From NCBI RefSeq assembly GCF_009914755.1, contig NC_060928.1: a stretch of DNA of 64,000 nt; one strand, 5' to 3'. The notes below the pieces were generated by a model. The model worked only from the letters and a program-made list of their open reading frames with translations. It did not search any database and was not told where the DNA came from. Below, piece after piece: positions 42,886-60,357 of the stretch; the first letter of the stretch is position 1, and every line of letters starts with the position of its first letter. Position numbers and translations under genes: made by a program. The DNA comes from the human T2T-CHM13v2.0 reference genome, Homo sapiens.

Positions 42886-44664
42886 GCACATACTTAACCT
42901 GCTTGGAAGCACTGGTGTGAAACAATTTTCCAGTTAATAATGAGTGTTCAAATTTCTTTATGTTGAACACAGTTCCTTATGTTTCAGTGGCCCATCTCAT
43001 GGACTCAGGTACTGCCTGTTGCAATTTTTTACATGGATTGGTTTCTGCCTTTAGGAGCCTTTTTTTTTTTTAAATAAAAGAATTGTATGTGTTAATGTAG
43101 TAAAGTCTTCAAACATAATTTTGGCCTTTAAGGGATGTTTTTATACTCACTGGCCTATACCCGAGTTGTCACTCACGGCCTCTGCTAGCTACTTCACAGC
43201 TCCTGTGAAGGACACTGCTCTGCCCACAGCCCCTGCTGGGGAGAAAGCTCTCTGAGGACTGTGTCCTCCCTCTTCTCCTTTTCCTGGGGTGGCTGATTTG
43301 ATTGGGATGGGACACCAGATAGCTACCTCTGTCATGGCCTTCCGTGGGAAAAACATGAGCCAAGCCAATTTGATTCTCTTGAGAATTTTAATTTAGGAAA
43401 TCAGAAGGAAAAAGCCGTGGGAGCCGAAATTGAAAGAATGCCATGAACTAATGGCATGAGGACAGGCCTGCCAGGCAGTGACATGGCAGCAAACCCAGAG
43501 TCTGACAGCAAGAATTAATAGAAGTAGAAGAGAAGATGTGACAATTGCACGCGACAGAGAAAACTAAACACACAGAGAGAAGCCAAGTTAGGTTAATGGC
43601 AGAGGCCCAGGGAGAAGATCTCAGACATAGCTGTACTGTGAGTTTTTTCTCAAAGCAAGTTGCTCACATGTTTTCCTGGTCTCTTCGTAATTGTATTCTC
43701 ATTATTTAAGGCTTTGCATTCAAAAGGTCCTAACTTAACAGCAGCTATATAGCATATGTAGTCCTTTCCTTTCCCATCGAAAGGATTACTCTCATTTTGT
43801 TCTTATTGCCTTAATACCTCTTCTGCAATTTAAAGTGATATAAATTTAACTCACTTTTTAGTACTATCTTCAAGTCTCCATATTCCATGCTGTGTTTTCC
43901 TGATAGCAGTAATTTATTTTCTTCTTTTTTTTGGAATATGTCTTCTATTGCACTCCTGTGAAATTTGCAAATCTGGACCCCTCCGTTCCTATGCAACACG
44001 GGCTGGTGATTTCTCTCAGATCTAGGGCATGGACTCCTTAGGGCAGCAGCCTCACCCTCTTTGTATTCGTACAGCACCATGGGCTGTGCTGAGCAAGTGA
44101 TAGATGCCCAACAAGTCGTTGGTCGTTTCTTGTGGTTCATTTAGTTCTTATCATCGTGGCTTGTCTTGGATCACAAAAGAGGATGTTTTAGCCCTTTGCT
44201 AGGATGCATCTTTTTTTTTTTTTCCAAGCTTTAAATTTATTTGAAGGAAAATAAATATTAAAGAATTTGAGAGAAATGAGGGAGTTATACAGTAACTGTT
44301 GGCTTTGATTGGGAACTAAGTTTCTCATTTGTGCCGTGAATGTTGATACTCCAATGGCAGAGGAGTGAACAAACTCATTTGTTAAGCGAGATGAACACCT
44401 GACAGCTAAATCCCTACTAATATTTGCTTTGGGCCCTAAGTGTATTCTGTGGTTAACAAGGTAACTTGTCTTGACATTACTCCCACATGTGGGAGTGTTT
44501 TTCTTTTGGTATTCCCTTTCTTAGCATATTTGGGAAACCACTTTATTTGCCAAGTTACTATATTTGCTACCAAAATGTTTGAATAATGCTGTGTTTTGTC
44601 ATTGAGCGTAACTTCCATGATCTTTAAAAACAATGCTTTGAAATAGTGTTCTCATCTGTATATT

Positions 44665-44859
44665 GTTTCTCTTGTGTCCTAATTTCTTCTTTTTATAAGA
44701 ACACAAGTCATATTGGAGCAGGGCCCATTCTTAATGACCTCATTTTAACTGATTACTTCTGTAAAGACCCTAGTTCCAAATAAGGACACATTCTCAGGTT
44801 CTGGGGGTTTGGATTTCAGTATATAAATTTGGGGAGAACACAGTTCAACCCATAATACA
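44665..44859. mobile_element. MLT1 partial LTR
   Basis: ttttataagaacacaagtcatattgga...aatgacctcattttaactgattac...cacagttcaacccataataca. Confidence 0.78.
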
Positions 44860-45257
44860 GAGGAACCACCACCCTACTAATTACCATAGCACCCATTAAA
44901 CCAGGCTTTCTTGGCGTCGAAGCCAAGAAGCTTAAAAGATTTGTTTGCCCCTAGAGTCCACAGTCATTAGGTTGAGACTTCTGAGTCTCACTAGGTGTTG
45001 GCATAGTTACCAGAAAATCCTTAAAGGACCCTCCTCATCTCTCACCTGGATCAGGACAGGAGCCTCCTAACTTGTCACCCTGCTGCCGCCCTTGTCCACC
45101 TTCAGTCTGCTCTCAACACATCTCTGGGTTCCACTACTTCCTGGTTGTATGACCTTGGGCAAGTTGGGTAACCTGTGTCTGTGTCCTCTTCTGTTGTAGT
45201 GATAGTTAACCGAATCTACAAACGTAAAGTGATTAGTAGAGTACCTGATGTTATAAG

Positions 45258-45922
<665 letters not shown>

Positions 45923-48161
45923 GTAAGTGTCAGCTGTTTTATCTGGTTTTCCTGTTCCTACTGTAAATGAGATTTTCTTTAAACAGAGGAATCTGTGGCC
46001 AAAGACAGTTGGAAAATGAGTGGGCTAGGTGGTCGCCAGCATTCTCGTCCTATCTCCCATCCTGATGTGGCAGGTACTCTCTCCAGACAGTGCCTAGCCC
46101 CAGTAGTTTCTCAGCATTTGTGGAATGTTTAGGGAAGGCTGGATGGTGGTCTCCAGTGTGGAGCTGCCTGTGGGATTCTCTCCAGTCCCCACATCACTCC
46201 TGAAGGATTCTTCATAATTATTTGGCTATTTTGGTGTTTGGTTGTCTGTCATGTGCAATATTGGCCTTGAGCTCTGTGCTCCAGGTTTATGGGTTTCTTT
46301 TGGGGCCTATGCACCTTTGTGGGCTCTCCTTGTTTTCCTTTTACTCCATAAATTTGTCACTTCAAGTCATTCAAGTGACTTCAGATGTGTATTCTGTGAT
46401 AAGAATTCATTACACAGACACCCCAGGCAAGCTGGACTCAGAGTTAGGGCCAGGAACGCTTTACCAGAATAGAGCCAGAGACAATGTTGGCCCATGAGCT
46501 GCTTCTGGAACAGCCTGTGATTTGGCCTTTAGGCCTAACCTAGCCCCGTGATGCATTCTGGGCTTATGAGTTGTTTGCAGCATTTTTTAAATCTAAAAAA
46601 TGAGTTAGTTATTTGCTTTATTTTTTAACCTGTACAGAGAAGCCATAATGCCATTTTTGCATATAGTACCACTGCTGGTTTTGTAAAACAGGAAAACGTG
46701 AAGGAAAATATGAAGCTAGTCTACAATCCTAGAGGAATTTCATTTCACTTCCAAGTTACTTGGATTAATGTCAACATTATTTCACTGGCATGAAGGGTAC
46801 TAAATTCTTAGAGTCTGTACCCTGTTCCTCTTTAGATAAAACATGAAAGAATTTTGGTGCGTGTTTTGATGTGCAGAGTCAGGGGCAGCTCCCTCAGCAG
46901 ACCTTTGCGTAGTTGATAATCTAATTATGTGGCTCTCTACATAAAGAATATGAGCTTCCAGGTGCAATTTGTCTATTTTAAAAAGGGCTATGGAATCTAT
47001 TATGATTTATAAAGAATCTTGTATTCAGATTTAATGAGTGACAAGAGTATATTTATTAACCATACCCTTTTTCTTTTCAAGCCCAGGATTATAGAACATG
47101 CTGCATTTCTAAAAGCATCCCCATTAGTGCTTTCGTTGCTGGGGTGGGAAGTTGTAGGAGTTAATAGTGACAACTTCATGACGAGGGCTCAGGCTTGTAA
47201 CTTAAGGGGTTATCCTGCACTGACAGTGCTGCCTAGATGGGCAGTCAAGGTAGGGTGACCCAAACAGAGATGCTCCCCATCCCCCCAGCAGAGTGTCTGT
47301 TTGTCTAATATCTCATGGTCTTAACTAAAAATTGTTGATAAATAGGTGGCTCTGCTATAAGAAATAATTTTCTCAGTTGTAGAATCAAGGACAAGCAGTG
47401 GCAGTTCAGGCCAGAATCTGGAGGCTGTCCACACCTGAATTCAAAACGAGGTTGGCTCTCTCCATGTGGTATCCTACCTCTCAAACTCAGCACATCTCAA
47501 ATATAACCCCTCATCTCTCAAACTGCTCCTAACCCTGGGAAGAATTAGATCACCTACATTGTCTCTCCTATTTGCCTGTGGATCAAGACACAAAAATTCA
47601 AGTCTGGAAGACTCTGAAGTGGCAAGTTCATTTGAAGGGTGCAGGTCACATTCATTCTTTTATGTTAGCTGTGCTTTTTGTGCACAGTCAGACTTGGCAT
47701 TATCCACCAATATATAACAGCCTTGAGGGTATCTCAAGAGCAGTATTAATTCACAATACTCAGGAATTAGCAGGCAGAAGAGAATAGGGGGCATGGAGTT
47801 ACAAATAAATGATTTTTCCATTTAATTGCAATTCTGCACTAGAGTCATTTAGAGAGCCTGATGGTTTCACACCAGTTGAGATCTGGGCAAAAGGACCTGG
47901 GAATAACGTGAAATCTCTTGAAAGATTGAATGGTGTAATGGAAAGGACATTGGTGGGAGTCTGAGAAACCAGGGAGTTGATCCTTTGCCTCCAGGACTTA
48001 TTACCAGCAGTGTAAAGAGGTCTGTGACTTGACTGAGTCACTAAACTATCTCTGAACCTATTTTTTTTTCTTCTTCTTTTTCTTTTTTTTTTTTTTAAAG
48101 GTAACAGCAACACCTACCCTGCTGGTGTATTAAGAATAATTGAAATAATATTTGTAAGTCA

Positions 48162-48666
<505 letters not shown>

Positions 48667-49427
48667 TTATGCTTTTGTTTTGAAAAGAAGAAGACATCTA
48701 TAAAATATGAACTGCATGGGAAAATAAATTTAAAATGTATAAAGTAATGGAAAGGAAATTACATTTATAATTATTAAAAGAAATAGAATATGGTGTGGTC
48801 AGATTTTTAACAGTGGAAATTTTGCATAATGAACTCTGGTAAAACCCTAAGAGGAGATCACCAGAAAGGGGAAAATGAGTGATAGAAATGCTTATATTTT
48901 AAAATGAAGAAATGATATAACTATAATTCTTAGCACAGGTACAAAGCATGCTCTTTACATAGGGAGAAATACATCAGATTAGTTGTGCAAATGAGCCCCA
49001 ATTTAATCTGTTACAAACATTTTCAACTAATGAAATTAGGCATGAAATGCTGAAAAATTGGTGCATTTCAGTTTTAACTTTCCAGAGAACCTACTATTCT
49101 GACCATATGAAACACCATCTTTAAAATAACCTGCAGCCTTTGATCTAGTGATTTTGGATAAAATAATGAAACAGCTCCAATGGAAGACTATATAGCTTAT
49201 GCCAGTCTATTCATAGCAATATATAAAAAATACATAGGTAAGTAAATATAAACAAACATGTTCGTATATATTATGTGTAAATGTGCACATATAAACAAGA
49301 TCCTGTTGCGATCTGGCAAAGCAAACAGCAAAATAGAATAATGTGTATGTGACTACTAAAAATTATAAGCCCACAAACTATCAGTATTTGGAAATAGGTA
49401 CATGAAATAAAATCATCCTATTATATC

Positions 49428-49775
49428 TTTTTTTATTTTTATTTTTATTTTATTATTTATTTATTTTATTTTATTTTTTCTTGAGATGGAGTCTCGCTCT
49501 GTCACCCAGGCTGGAGTTCAGTGGCGCTGTCTCAGCTCACTGCATGCTTCGCCTCCCGGGTTCCTCCCGGGTTCACACCATTCTCCTGCCTCAGCCTCCT
49601 GAGTAGCTGGGACTACAGGTGCCTGCCACCACGCCTGGCTACTTTTTGTATTTCTAGTAGAGATGGGGTTTCACCGTGTTGGCCAGGTTGGTCTTGAACT
49701 CCTGACCTTAGGTGATCCGCCCGTCTCGGCCTCCCAGAGTGCTGGGATTATAGGCCTGAGCCACCGTGCACAGCC
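49428..49775 (-). mobile_element. Alu (S-type) with a (TTTA)n tail and an 11-bp internal duplication
   Basis: cctcccgggtt occurs twice in tandem; TSD tattatatctt / tattgtatctt. Confidence 0.92.
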
Positions 49776-50193
49776 TATTGTATCTTATTTACAGGTTTGG
49801 CTGCTGTTTCAGGGATGTAGAGAAGCATAAGACTGACAGCCGTCGCTTCAGGGAAATGAGGTTCCGGAGTGGGAAGATAGGTGACAATGCGCAAATATTG
49901 ACTAAATAAGTTTGGGTGAATGAATAAGTGCTATGAAGGAAATAAGACGGCAGTAGAATGGAGAGGGCCACGGTGCCTAGGACTAGCCCTATCCTAGGAA
50001 GGCTGAGGTGGGGAGGATTCCTGAGCTGAGCCATGGTGTTGGAGGAGTGGGCTAGTAAAGATGTAGCCTCAGGGAATAGCAAGTAAAGGGTTTTCAAACT
50101 GGAGTGAGTTTGGCATGTGTGAACCAAGAGCAACCAGTGTGTCTAGATCTTAGAGAACAATTGCATGTTTGCCTGGTTTACATTAGGAACTAA

Positions 50194-50804
<611 letters not shown>

Positions 50805-50844
50805 TATTTTACATTTTAACACAACCAAATTTTATTAATTTTTC

Positions 50845-51300
50845 TTTATCAGTTATCTTTTCAATTACCCCCAAACCTAATGGCTAAAATAGCAGCCATT
50901 TATTCCATTGTGCGCTTTACTCACTGGGCAGTTACATGTCCCTCCAAACAGCCTCATGCATGTACAGGGCTGGCTGGCTGGCTGGCTGGTGGGCTGCTGC
51001 TGCGGCAACTATACGGGGCCACTGAGCCAGGAGTCATTCATCAGTGAGCCGGCGAGCCTGGGCTTGTTCTCGTGAAAGACTGAGGGTTCCATGAGAGTGG
51101 AGCAGAGGTGTGTAACATTCCTTGAGGTGGAGGCTCTGAATTGGCACAGTGTCACTTTCTCTGTATTCTATTGGCTACAAGACTAGCCCAGGTTCAAGGG
51201 GTGGGAAATAGATGAGTTTCCATGGGAGGAGCTGCAATGTCAGTGCACTGAGATGTGCCTGCAAGGAGGGCTGGAGGATTGGTCCATGCTTGCAATCCAT
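50845..51300. mobile_element. Old MaLR (MLT1J-like) LTR
   Basis: ccccaaacctaatggctaaaat...ttggcacagtgtcactttctctgtattctattgg...ttcaaggggtgggaaatag. Confidence 0.55.
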
Positions 51301-52640
51301 CCCATTTCACCTTATGCTTGGTGCTTTTCTTCTATACTTTAGGTGTAAGAAATTAAAATCCTGTATGATCCAAAAGTTTTACAGTTTTGCCTTTTCATAT
51401 TTAGGTCTTTCAGTGTTCACATATTATTTTTAAAAATTGCAAACAGCACGATAAACATGAATTAGAGGAAAAATGAAGTTTCAGAAACTTACAGTGGGGA
51501 ATGTTGAACAAAAGGTTAGAGGCTGTGCACGTGGTGGAGCAGGGGCTATATGGGGAGCCTTTGTATCTTCAGCTCAGTTTTACTGTGAACCTAAAACTGC
51601 TCTAAAAATAGTCTATTAAACAATTTTATTACCATAATATGACTCAGTCTTCATTATGACAGTAATGTGTGAAGGAGACACACAGGAAGACAGCAGCTGT
51701 GTGAAGTGCAGAAGTCAGTGAACACCTTCTTAGAAAGTGCTTTAAACCAGAGGCAGGATTGTATACTGCTCAGGCCATGGCCTTTGGACCAGTGGTTCTG
51801 AAGAAGAAGCAAGCCTTCGCTGCTATTGTTTGTAGCTGTGCCAACCTTATGCAAATTACTCAACATCTTTGAGGTTTGGCTTCTTTGTTTGTAAAATGGT
51901 ATAATAATCTTTATATATCTCTTGAGAATTTTTGAATGAAATGAAATGTGTATCACCTAGCACGGTGCAAGGCCTGTAAAATAAATGTTAGCCTATTTTA
52001 GAAGTAGAGTTTTCCACTATTAATCTCCAATTAAGATGAGGACCTCTGTAGGTCTTTTGCAGAATTAATTCTTCCTACCATTTCTTCTTGGCCTTCAGTT
52101 ACTTCTCTGATGCTGTTTTCTATGAACATTCTTTTTGAATCTTCTGGGTTTCTCTGGCTGGAGTGGTTATTTGGCAATTGGTTAAGAGCAGCTGGTTGGC
52201 TGACCTTGGGCTTTTGAGTTCCTTATGTCTGAAACCATGGCAGGCAGCCAGATTGCATCAAGCCACTATCAGGTGTGTGTGTTCCTAATCACAGCCTGAA
52301 CTTCAGAATTGGGCAAGTCCTGACTGGAGTGAGCAGAGAAAGGGAGAATACTTTAGGGAACAATGTGAAATAATCAGATCTGAGGAAGAAGGAGGTAGGG
52401 GAGGGAATAAACATTTTTTCAGCATCTGTTCTGTGGCAGGGTATGAACTAGAAGTCAGAGGCTACCCAGAGCGTGCCAGGTTGAAGATGGCGGGCCATTT
52501 GGCAAGGGAGTTGGGTCATGCCTTCTCATAGATTGAGCGGAGGAGAGCTCTACAGCTTTACCAATTTTAGGAAGAATAAATTTCTTTTATGCTTTGACAT
52601 AAAACAAGAACCCAAGTCATCATTATACTTTTCTTTCTAG

Positions 52641-52736
52641 GTCTGTCAGTGGCCCAGCGGAAGTTTGCTCATTCACTCAGAGACTTTAAGTTTGAGTTTA
52701 TCGGTGATGCTGTGACAGATGATGAACGATGCATAG
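52641..52736 (+). CDS. ARHGAP10: ARHGAP10 coding exon (exon 2 by recall), BAR domain, 96 nt, phase 1 to phase 1
   Basis: Acceptor ctttTCTTTCTAG|GT and donor ATAG|GTAATT. Translates (S)LSVAQRKFAHSLRDFKFEFIGDAVTDDERCI, which I recognise as GRAF2/ARHGAP10 rather than its paralog ARHGAP26. Confidence 0.96.
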
Positions 52737-52809
52737 GTAATTAAACATGATATTTTGGTTTGTTTTCCTTTGCCATGGCCACCAAATAATCACTCCTTTC
52801 TTCTTACAG

Positions 52810-52871
52810 ATGCTTCCTTACGTGAATTTTCAAATTTTTTGAAGAATCTGGAGGAACAGAGAGAAATTATG
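52810..52871 (+). CDS. ARHGAP10: ARHGAP10 coding exon (exon 3 by recall), BAR domain, 62 nt, phase 1 to phase 0
   Basis: Acceptor ctcctttcttcttacAG|AT and donor ATG|GTGAGT. In frame with the previous exon, giving (D)ASLREFSNFLKNLEEQREIM. Confidence 0.96.
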
Positions 52872-53388
52872 GTGAGTTGAGAGGGGTGTAAATTAATAAG
52901 TCAGCTTTCAAGGGGGAAAAAAATCTGGATTTGGAAGCTTGTTCTGGTAGAAGTTGTGAAGCATTTATCCCTGGGTACAGTAGTGCATTGTAATGGAAAG
53001 ATGAGGTTTCCGGAGCCCTGATTTCTAGTTCCTTGAGGGTGCTGACCACGGTCAGAACTTGGAGAAGCTGCTGGGCCTCTCGACCAAGGCCTTACTTCTT
53101 CATCTGTAAAGTGGACAGTAGGACTACATCACTGCTTTCTAGCTTTTTGTTGCAGCAGAGCACTTTAATTTATGTAGGCTCTCATGCAGAAGCTTAATAT
53201 ATCAGCGGGATAAAAGCAGAAAAGCTTATGTAGAAACAGAGGACAGCTGGGCAATGTTAGTGCCTGACTCATACTCCTGTAGATTTCTAGGCTGTGTGGA
53301 AAGGGAGAGAACTTGGGCCTTGGAGGTCTTTGAGATCCCACTTTGCATCAAGATTCATGATCATAACAAGAATAAGAAGAACTACCCT

Positions 53389-53706
53389 TGGCCAGGCATG
53401 GTGGGTCATGCCTGAAATTCTAGCCCTTTAGGAGGCTAAGCTGGGTGGATTGCACAAGCTCAGGAGTTCGAGACCAGCCTGGCCCACATGGTGAAACCGC
53501 ATCTCTACAAAAATACAAAAACTAGCCAGGCATGGTGGCATGTGCCCATGGTCCCAGCTACTCAGGAGGCTGAGGTGGAAGGATCACTTGTGCCCAGGAG
53601 GCTGAGGTTGCAGTGAGCCGAGATTGTGCCACTGCCCTCCAGCCTGGGTGACAGAGCAAGACCCTGTCTCAAAAAAAAAGAAAAAACAAAACAAAAAACA
53701 AAAAAC
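53389..53706 (+). mobile_element. Alu (Jb-like)
   Basis: Sense dimer with an A-rich tail. Confidence 0.92.
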
Positions 53707-53951
53707 AGCTGTCCCCCATGGGGTGCTCTTCATATGCAGTGCTGTGCTGAGTGCCTTGAGTGTATGATCTCATTTGCACTCAACTGTAAATTTTGGGGTT
53801 ATTGAATATTGTCTGCTTTTCTTAAAAGCTTACATTACCTTCCTAATGATATTCTTTAATTAAACCAGATTTACAGCAGAATTGCTACCAGGTTGTGACA
53901 CACCATCTATTCTCACCATTTATTTCAGGCTTAAAAAAAAACACAGATTCA

Positions 53952-54288
<337 letters not shown>

Positions 54289-54388
54289 CTAGAATTACGT
54301 TATAGTGTAAGTGTATGAGTGGGTCTAGATGTGGTAGAAATAATACTGGACATATTAGCTAAGTTGGTTTACCTTGACTGTGTGCCAG

Positions 54389-54767
54389 TGCATTAGTCCG
54401 TTCTTACAGTGCTATGAAGAAATACCTGAGACTGGGTAATTTATAAAGGAAAGAGGTTTAATTGACTCACAGTTCCGCATTGCTGGGGAGGCCTCGGGAA
54501 ACTTACAGTCATGGTGGTGGAAGGCAAAGGAGAAGCTGGCACCTTCTTCACAAGGTGGCAGGATGGAGTTGAGTGCAGGCAGGGGAAATGCCAGATGCTT
54601 ATAGAACCTTCAGATCTCACAGGAACTCACTGTCATGAGAACAGCATGGGGGAAGCCACCCCCATGATCCAATTACCTCCACCTGGTCCTGCCCTTGACA
54701 TGTGGGGATTATGGAGTTTACGCTTTCGTGTAAGATTTGGGTGGGGACACAGAGCCAAACCATATCA
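54389..54767 (-). mobile_element. THE1 (D-like) solo LTR
   Basis: gagactgggtaatttataaaggaaagaggtttaattgactcacagttc...tttgggtggggacacagagccaaaccatatca; 5-bp TSD gccag. Confidence 0.9.
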
Positions 54768-55066
54768 GCCAGGAGCTGTTCTAAGCTGTTTACCTAATGC
54801 TAAGTCACTGAATTCTCACATCAACCCTATGAGATAGATTCTGCTGTTGTTCCCCATTTAAAGGATGAGGAAACTGAGGCACATTACCTTGCCCTAGATC
54901 ACATGGCATCTAGGAGGTAGAGCTGGTATGTGTTAAGAAGCAGGCACTCTGAACTGCCCTCCCTGTCACTGCAGCTGGCTTCGTAGGTGTCACTCTAATT
55001 TCCTGGGTGGTGGCTGGTGGGGGTTTATGTTGGCTAGGGCTGCGGGAGGACACTGATTTGGATTTA

Positions 55067-55414
<348 letters not shown>

Positions 55415-57715
55415 TCATTCCTAAATTTTGAGGTAATTTGTGTGTATATATTGTAGATACTGTAGAGGGTGTGTGAAGACAGTGTGGTCCCATGAGGTTT
55501 TTCTGGCACACACTGACAGATACAGTCATTATTCATGTGATCCTGTAGTCATCAATTTTTCAGCTATTTAGGAAAGACTAAATAAGATGGTGAATAAAAA
55601 TAGTGCCATGACATCACCTTTCTAGTACATGGAGCCGATGTGTGGGCTGGTGAGGTACGTGTTCTTAGTTTATGTTAATAGTGTCAATTTTTTTTCTTAA
55701 CCCTCTTTGATAGTTGTACTTTCCTGGCATCCTGAACATTGAGCGCATACCTATTGATCTCTTTTTATGTTCCAGTTGCTGTTGAGAATCTCAGGACAAA
55801 GGTAAAGGCAAAGAAAGCAAAAGTCTCTGCCTTCATGGAGGTTAGATTCTAGGCGGGGGTAGTGAAGTAGAAATAAACCTGTAATCCATTGGCAGGCAGT
55901 GAAAAATGCTACAAAACAATACAGGGCAAGGAGCCAGGTGGGGCGGGGCTACAGCATATCTGGAGTGGTGAGGTGCGGACTGCCTTTTCAGTAGGATACT
56001 GCACAAAGGGCATCATCCTGGTGTCTGGAGGAAAAGTTCTGAGCAGAGTGGTGCTGGATTTTAGCTCTACAGAAATAGCGTGTGACCATTGTTAGGCTCA
56101 GTATTCTGTTTCTGTTTTAGGTTCCTAGAAATAGAGCGATGAGGTCCAAAAACAGGAACATGGTATTGGCTCCAGGCTGTGTGGAGTAGACAGCATGGTT
56201 TGCAGAGCTGTTGTTAGCCAACTGACTGGTTTAAGCTCCAGCTGTGATGGAGGTTGATAGGGTCTCTGTGTTAGACAAGGTTGGGTTCCCATGCAGGGTA
56301 GGAACGAGAATAGGGTGGTGTCTGTATAAGGCCATGAACCTTAGGAGTGGTGTGGTGTGTCATACACAACTCATTGTGGGAACAGAAACACCTGCTGGAA
56401 AGCAGGACGCTGTCCAAAGCTGGGGTGGGTGGCAGCCACAGCCAACCACGGAATTAACAGGACACCTCCTAATGCTTTCTTCCTTTTTAGCTTGGAAAAT
56501 TTCAAACATGTACCAAAGTCGAGAGAAATATACAATGAAACTACATGGACTCGACATCCAGCCTCAGACCAGTCTCGTTTCTCCTGTGATCCCTACTCCC
56601 CTTGACCCCCTGCTCTCCTCATTATTTTGACAGAAAGCCCAGTTTCATTCACAAATACTTCAGTATATATCTCAAAAAGCAGACACTTAAAAAAACACAG
56701 TATCCTTATCACAATCAGTAATTTCTTAATTTTGTGAAAAGTTAGGTCATATTCAAGTTTTCCTGATACTCATTCCAATTCTGCCTCTTTCCCTCCCCAA
56801 GCCCCGCCCTCAATAACAGTTGGTCTGTTTGAATCTGAGTCCAAACATATTACATTTGACTGATACATTTCCAAGTCACTTTCAATCTATAGGTTCTTCT
56901 CCCCATCCGCTTTTTTTCTCCTTTACAAGAATTCCTGATCCTTTTATATTTGCCTCGGAAACCTTTAAAATAGTACTTTCCTAAGTTATCAGTGAGTTGC
57001 AATAATGAAATTAGTAAAAGTTGAAAAGTTGGATTCTTAACCCATATTGACATTGTTTGGGTACTTCTCATCTTGATAGTCACTGATCACTTTTTTTTTT
57101 TTTTAAAGTGGAATCACTGTGGCTACCTTTGTTTCTTTAAATACCTTTGAATGCTTACTAAAACATAACTGATGCATTGCAGAACACTCGCCTGAAACTT
57201 TTGAGGAAGAATAGATACTTGCCTCAAGAAATTTCCAGTGTGATACTGGAGAGTAAGTGGTAAAGAGCTAATTAAATAGCCTATACTAAGTGCTTCAGAC
57301 AAGGAATGGGAAAAGAAAACAATATACAAAGTGCGCCAGCAAAGATAATGTGGCTCACATGGAGTGGGCAGCCCCTAAGCTTGTGGCTGTTAGGAAAGGG
57401 TTTATGGAAGAAGTATTGGAGCTAGAGTTTGTGGGGTGGAGACACAGCAGAGGGCCTTTGTATAGTTTAGTAAGCCCATACCCCCGACACCGGGACAAGG
57501 AGAAAAGGAATGTCTTTAAGCAGCTAAAATGGTTGCCAGTACATTCTGAGAACTTTGAAAGACTCTTGTTTTACTTAAATTTTTTTTAACTTAAAAGTTT
57601 TAGAAACCATCAGCATGTTAAAAGCCACAGATTAAGAAAGGAATGCAAAATGACTGTAAAATGGAGGTAGAAATAGTCTAAAATTGGTTCCAAGGATTTC
57701 ATAGTGGTCACTTAA

Positions 57716-58011
<296 letters not shown>

Positions 58012-58792
58012 TTCCACTTTATCTTTAAAAGCAATTAGTTTAGTATTTTCTGAAATCCTAAATTGAATAATGGTGCAGCATAATATTAATAATTGGATAT
58101 TCATAATTAAGACTGAGTCATTAAAATGTTAAAACTACATATGTCTATTTTAGAAGGCAAACAGTAATGTCAACTATTTTAAAATGTTTTCTGAATCTTA
58201 AGGGTAAGATGAGACTTTAGGTTTTAAGGGATAAAGTCATCTGTGTGTATGCTCAGCAATCCCTGTTGGTTTTGAGCCACCAGTTATATAAGTTCATACG
58301 CCTCATCTCTATGCTTAAATAGGCTGTATTAAGTATACAGTTCAACAAATAGTGTGTGCCTGCCACATGCCAAGCACTGTGCCACATGCTATAAAGATAA
58401 AGACATAAGTAGTGATTCATCCATTGGAGGAGATGGCTGAAAGAAGGCATGTAATTTCCAACATGCTTCGTGGTAATCAAGTGATTGAGAAATTCAGGGA
58501 AGGCATCTTGGAGAGGTGATATCTGGGCTGAGTTGAAGGATGAGCCTTAGCTATGTCTGGTTTCCTCCTTGAGGGGAAACTGTTGAAATTTCGAAAAGAG
58601 GGAAGGATATGTTTGCATAGCCCCTTCCTTTCCCCCCTACAATGTCCAGCTTTGTTCCTACTAAAGTGAATTGTTGGAGAGAGAAGTAGAGCAATTGCCA
58701 GTCTAAGAAAAAAAGTCAGTGTTTCCCTCCACACTCAAAGAAGTGTAATTTCTATGAATACACATGCCTCACCCTTTAAAAAGTCAAGATAG

Positions 58793-59413
<621 letters not shown>

Positions 59414-60357
59414 TGAGTGAGTAGTTTTTGCTGATCATGTTGCCACCCTTGACTCTGGAGGTGAAGAACTCAACCTGGGGAGTCAGATCTGATACAGTTA
59501 GTGGCTGCAACTGCTCTACTCACTTCTGCGCGTGTTCTCAGAGGAAAGGGCTGTGTGGTGTGTTGCTGCCAGAATTCCAGAGATGTTCTCTCTGGCATGG
59601 CAGGACATGTTGTACTTATCTGAGGTGGGCAGCTGTCCAGGAATCTAAGGACTTTTAAAATAGTGCTGTAGTGTTTATGTTGTTCTTTTAAAAGCCCTTC
59701 ATATTGCGTTTACTTCTCTACATGTATTCTTTTATCAGATCATTGAGTTTCATCCCTAGCCTAAAATGGTTGCCCAGTTTCTCAGGATTCTGGCAAATAA
59801 GGGCAATTGGTTGAGACCCAGAGGTTCAGGAAAACTGCGGGGAAGCGGGAGTGCCAGGAGAGAGAAGGTGGAGCTTGCCTGATGGTGCACAAAAGGTGCC
59901 TGAGATGGAGCTGTTCCGCCTCCCTCTCATCCTGGGGGTGCTGGGGGCAGACTGGGCTGCTAAGGAGATGTGAGGAAGTGTCTTGTCCACAGCTGCACCC
60001 CTTTCCCCATTTGGGCAGGAAAGCCCTTTGCCTATGCAGACTCTTCAGGCTTTTGAGACCCTTTTCTTTTTCTGTTGTTTTTCTCTACCACAGACTTTAC
60101 CCTTGTGAAAATACCAGGCCAGGGATCACTTCCTGGGTGACCTGCCCTGAGCTTTTGCCCCTATAGGGAAGGTACTAAGCTGCTGCGTACCAAAGGCTTT
60201 TGTTAGCATTTAGATGGTCGGTCACAGGCAAGACGTGATGCCTGCTCTCTCAGCCCTGGCCTGTGCTTTACTGCACCCCCTTCTCATCATCCTTTCATGC
60301 TCTCAAATCTCCTCCATAAGTTTTTGGACTTTTGACACGGATTTTTGTTCCAAACTA

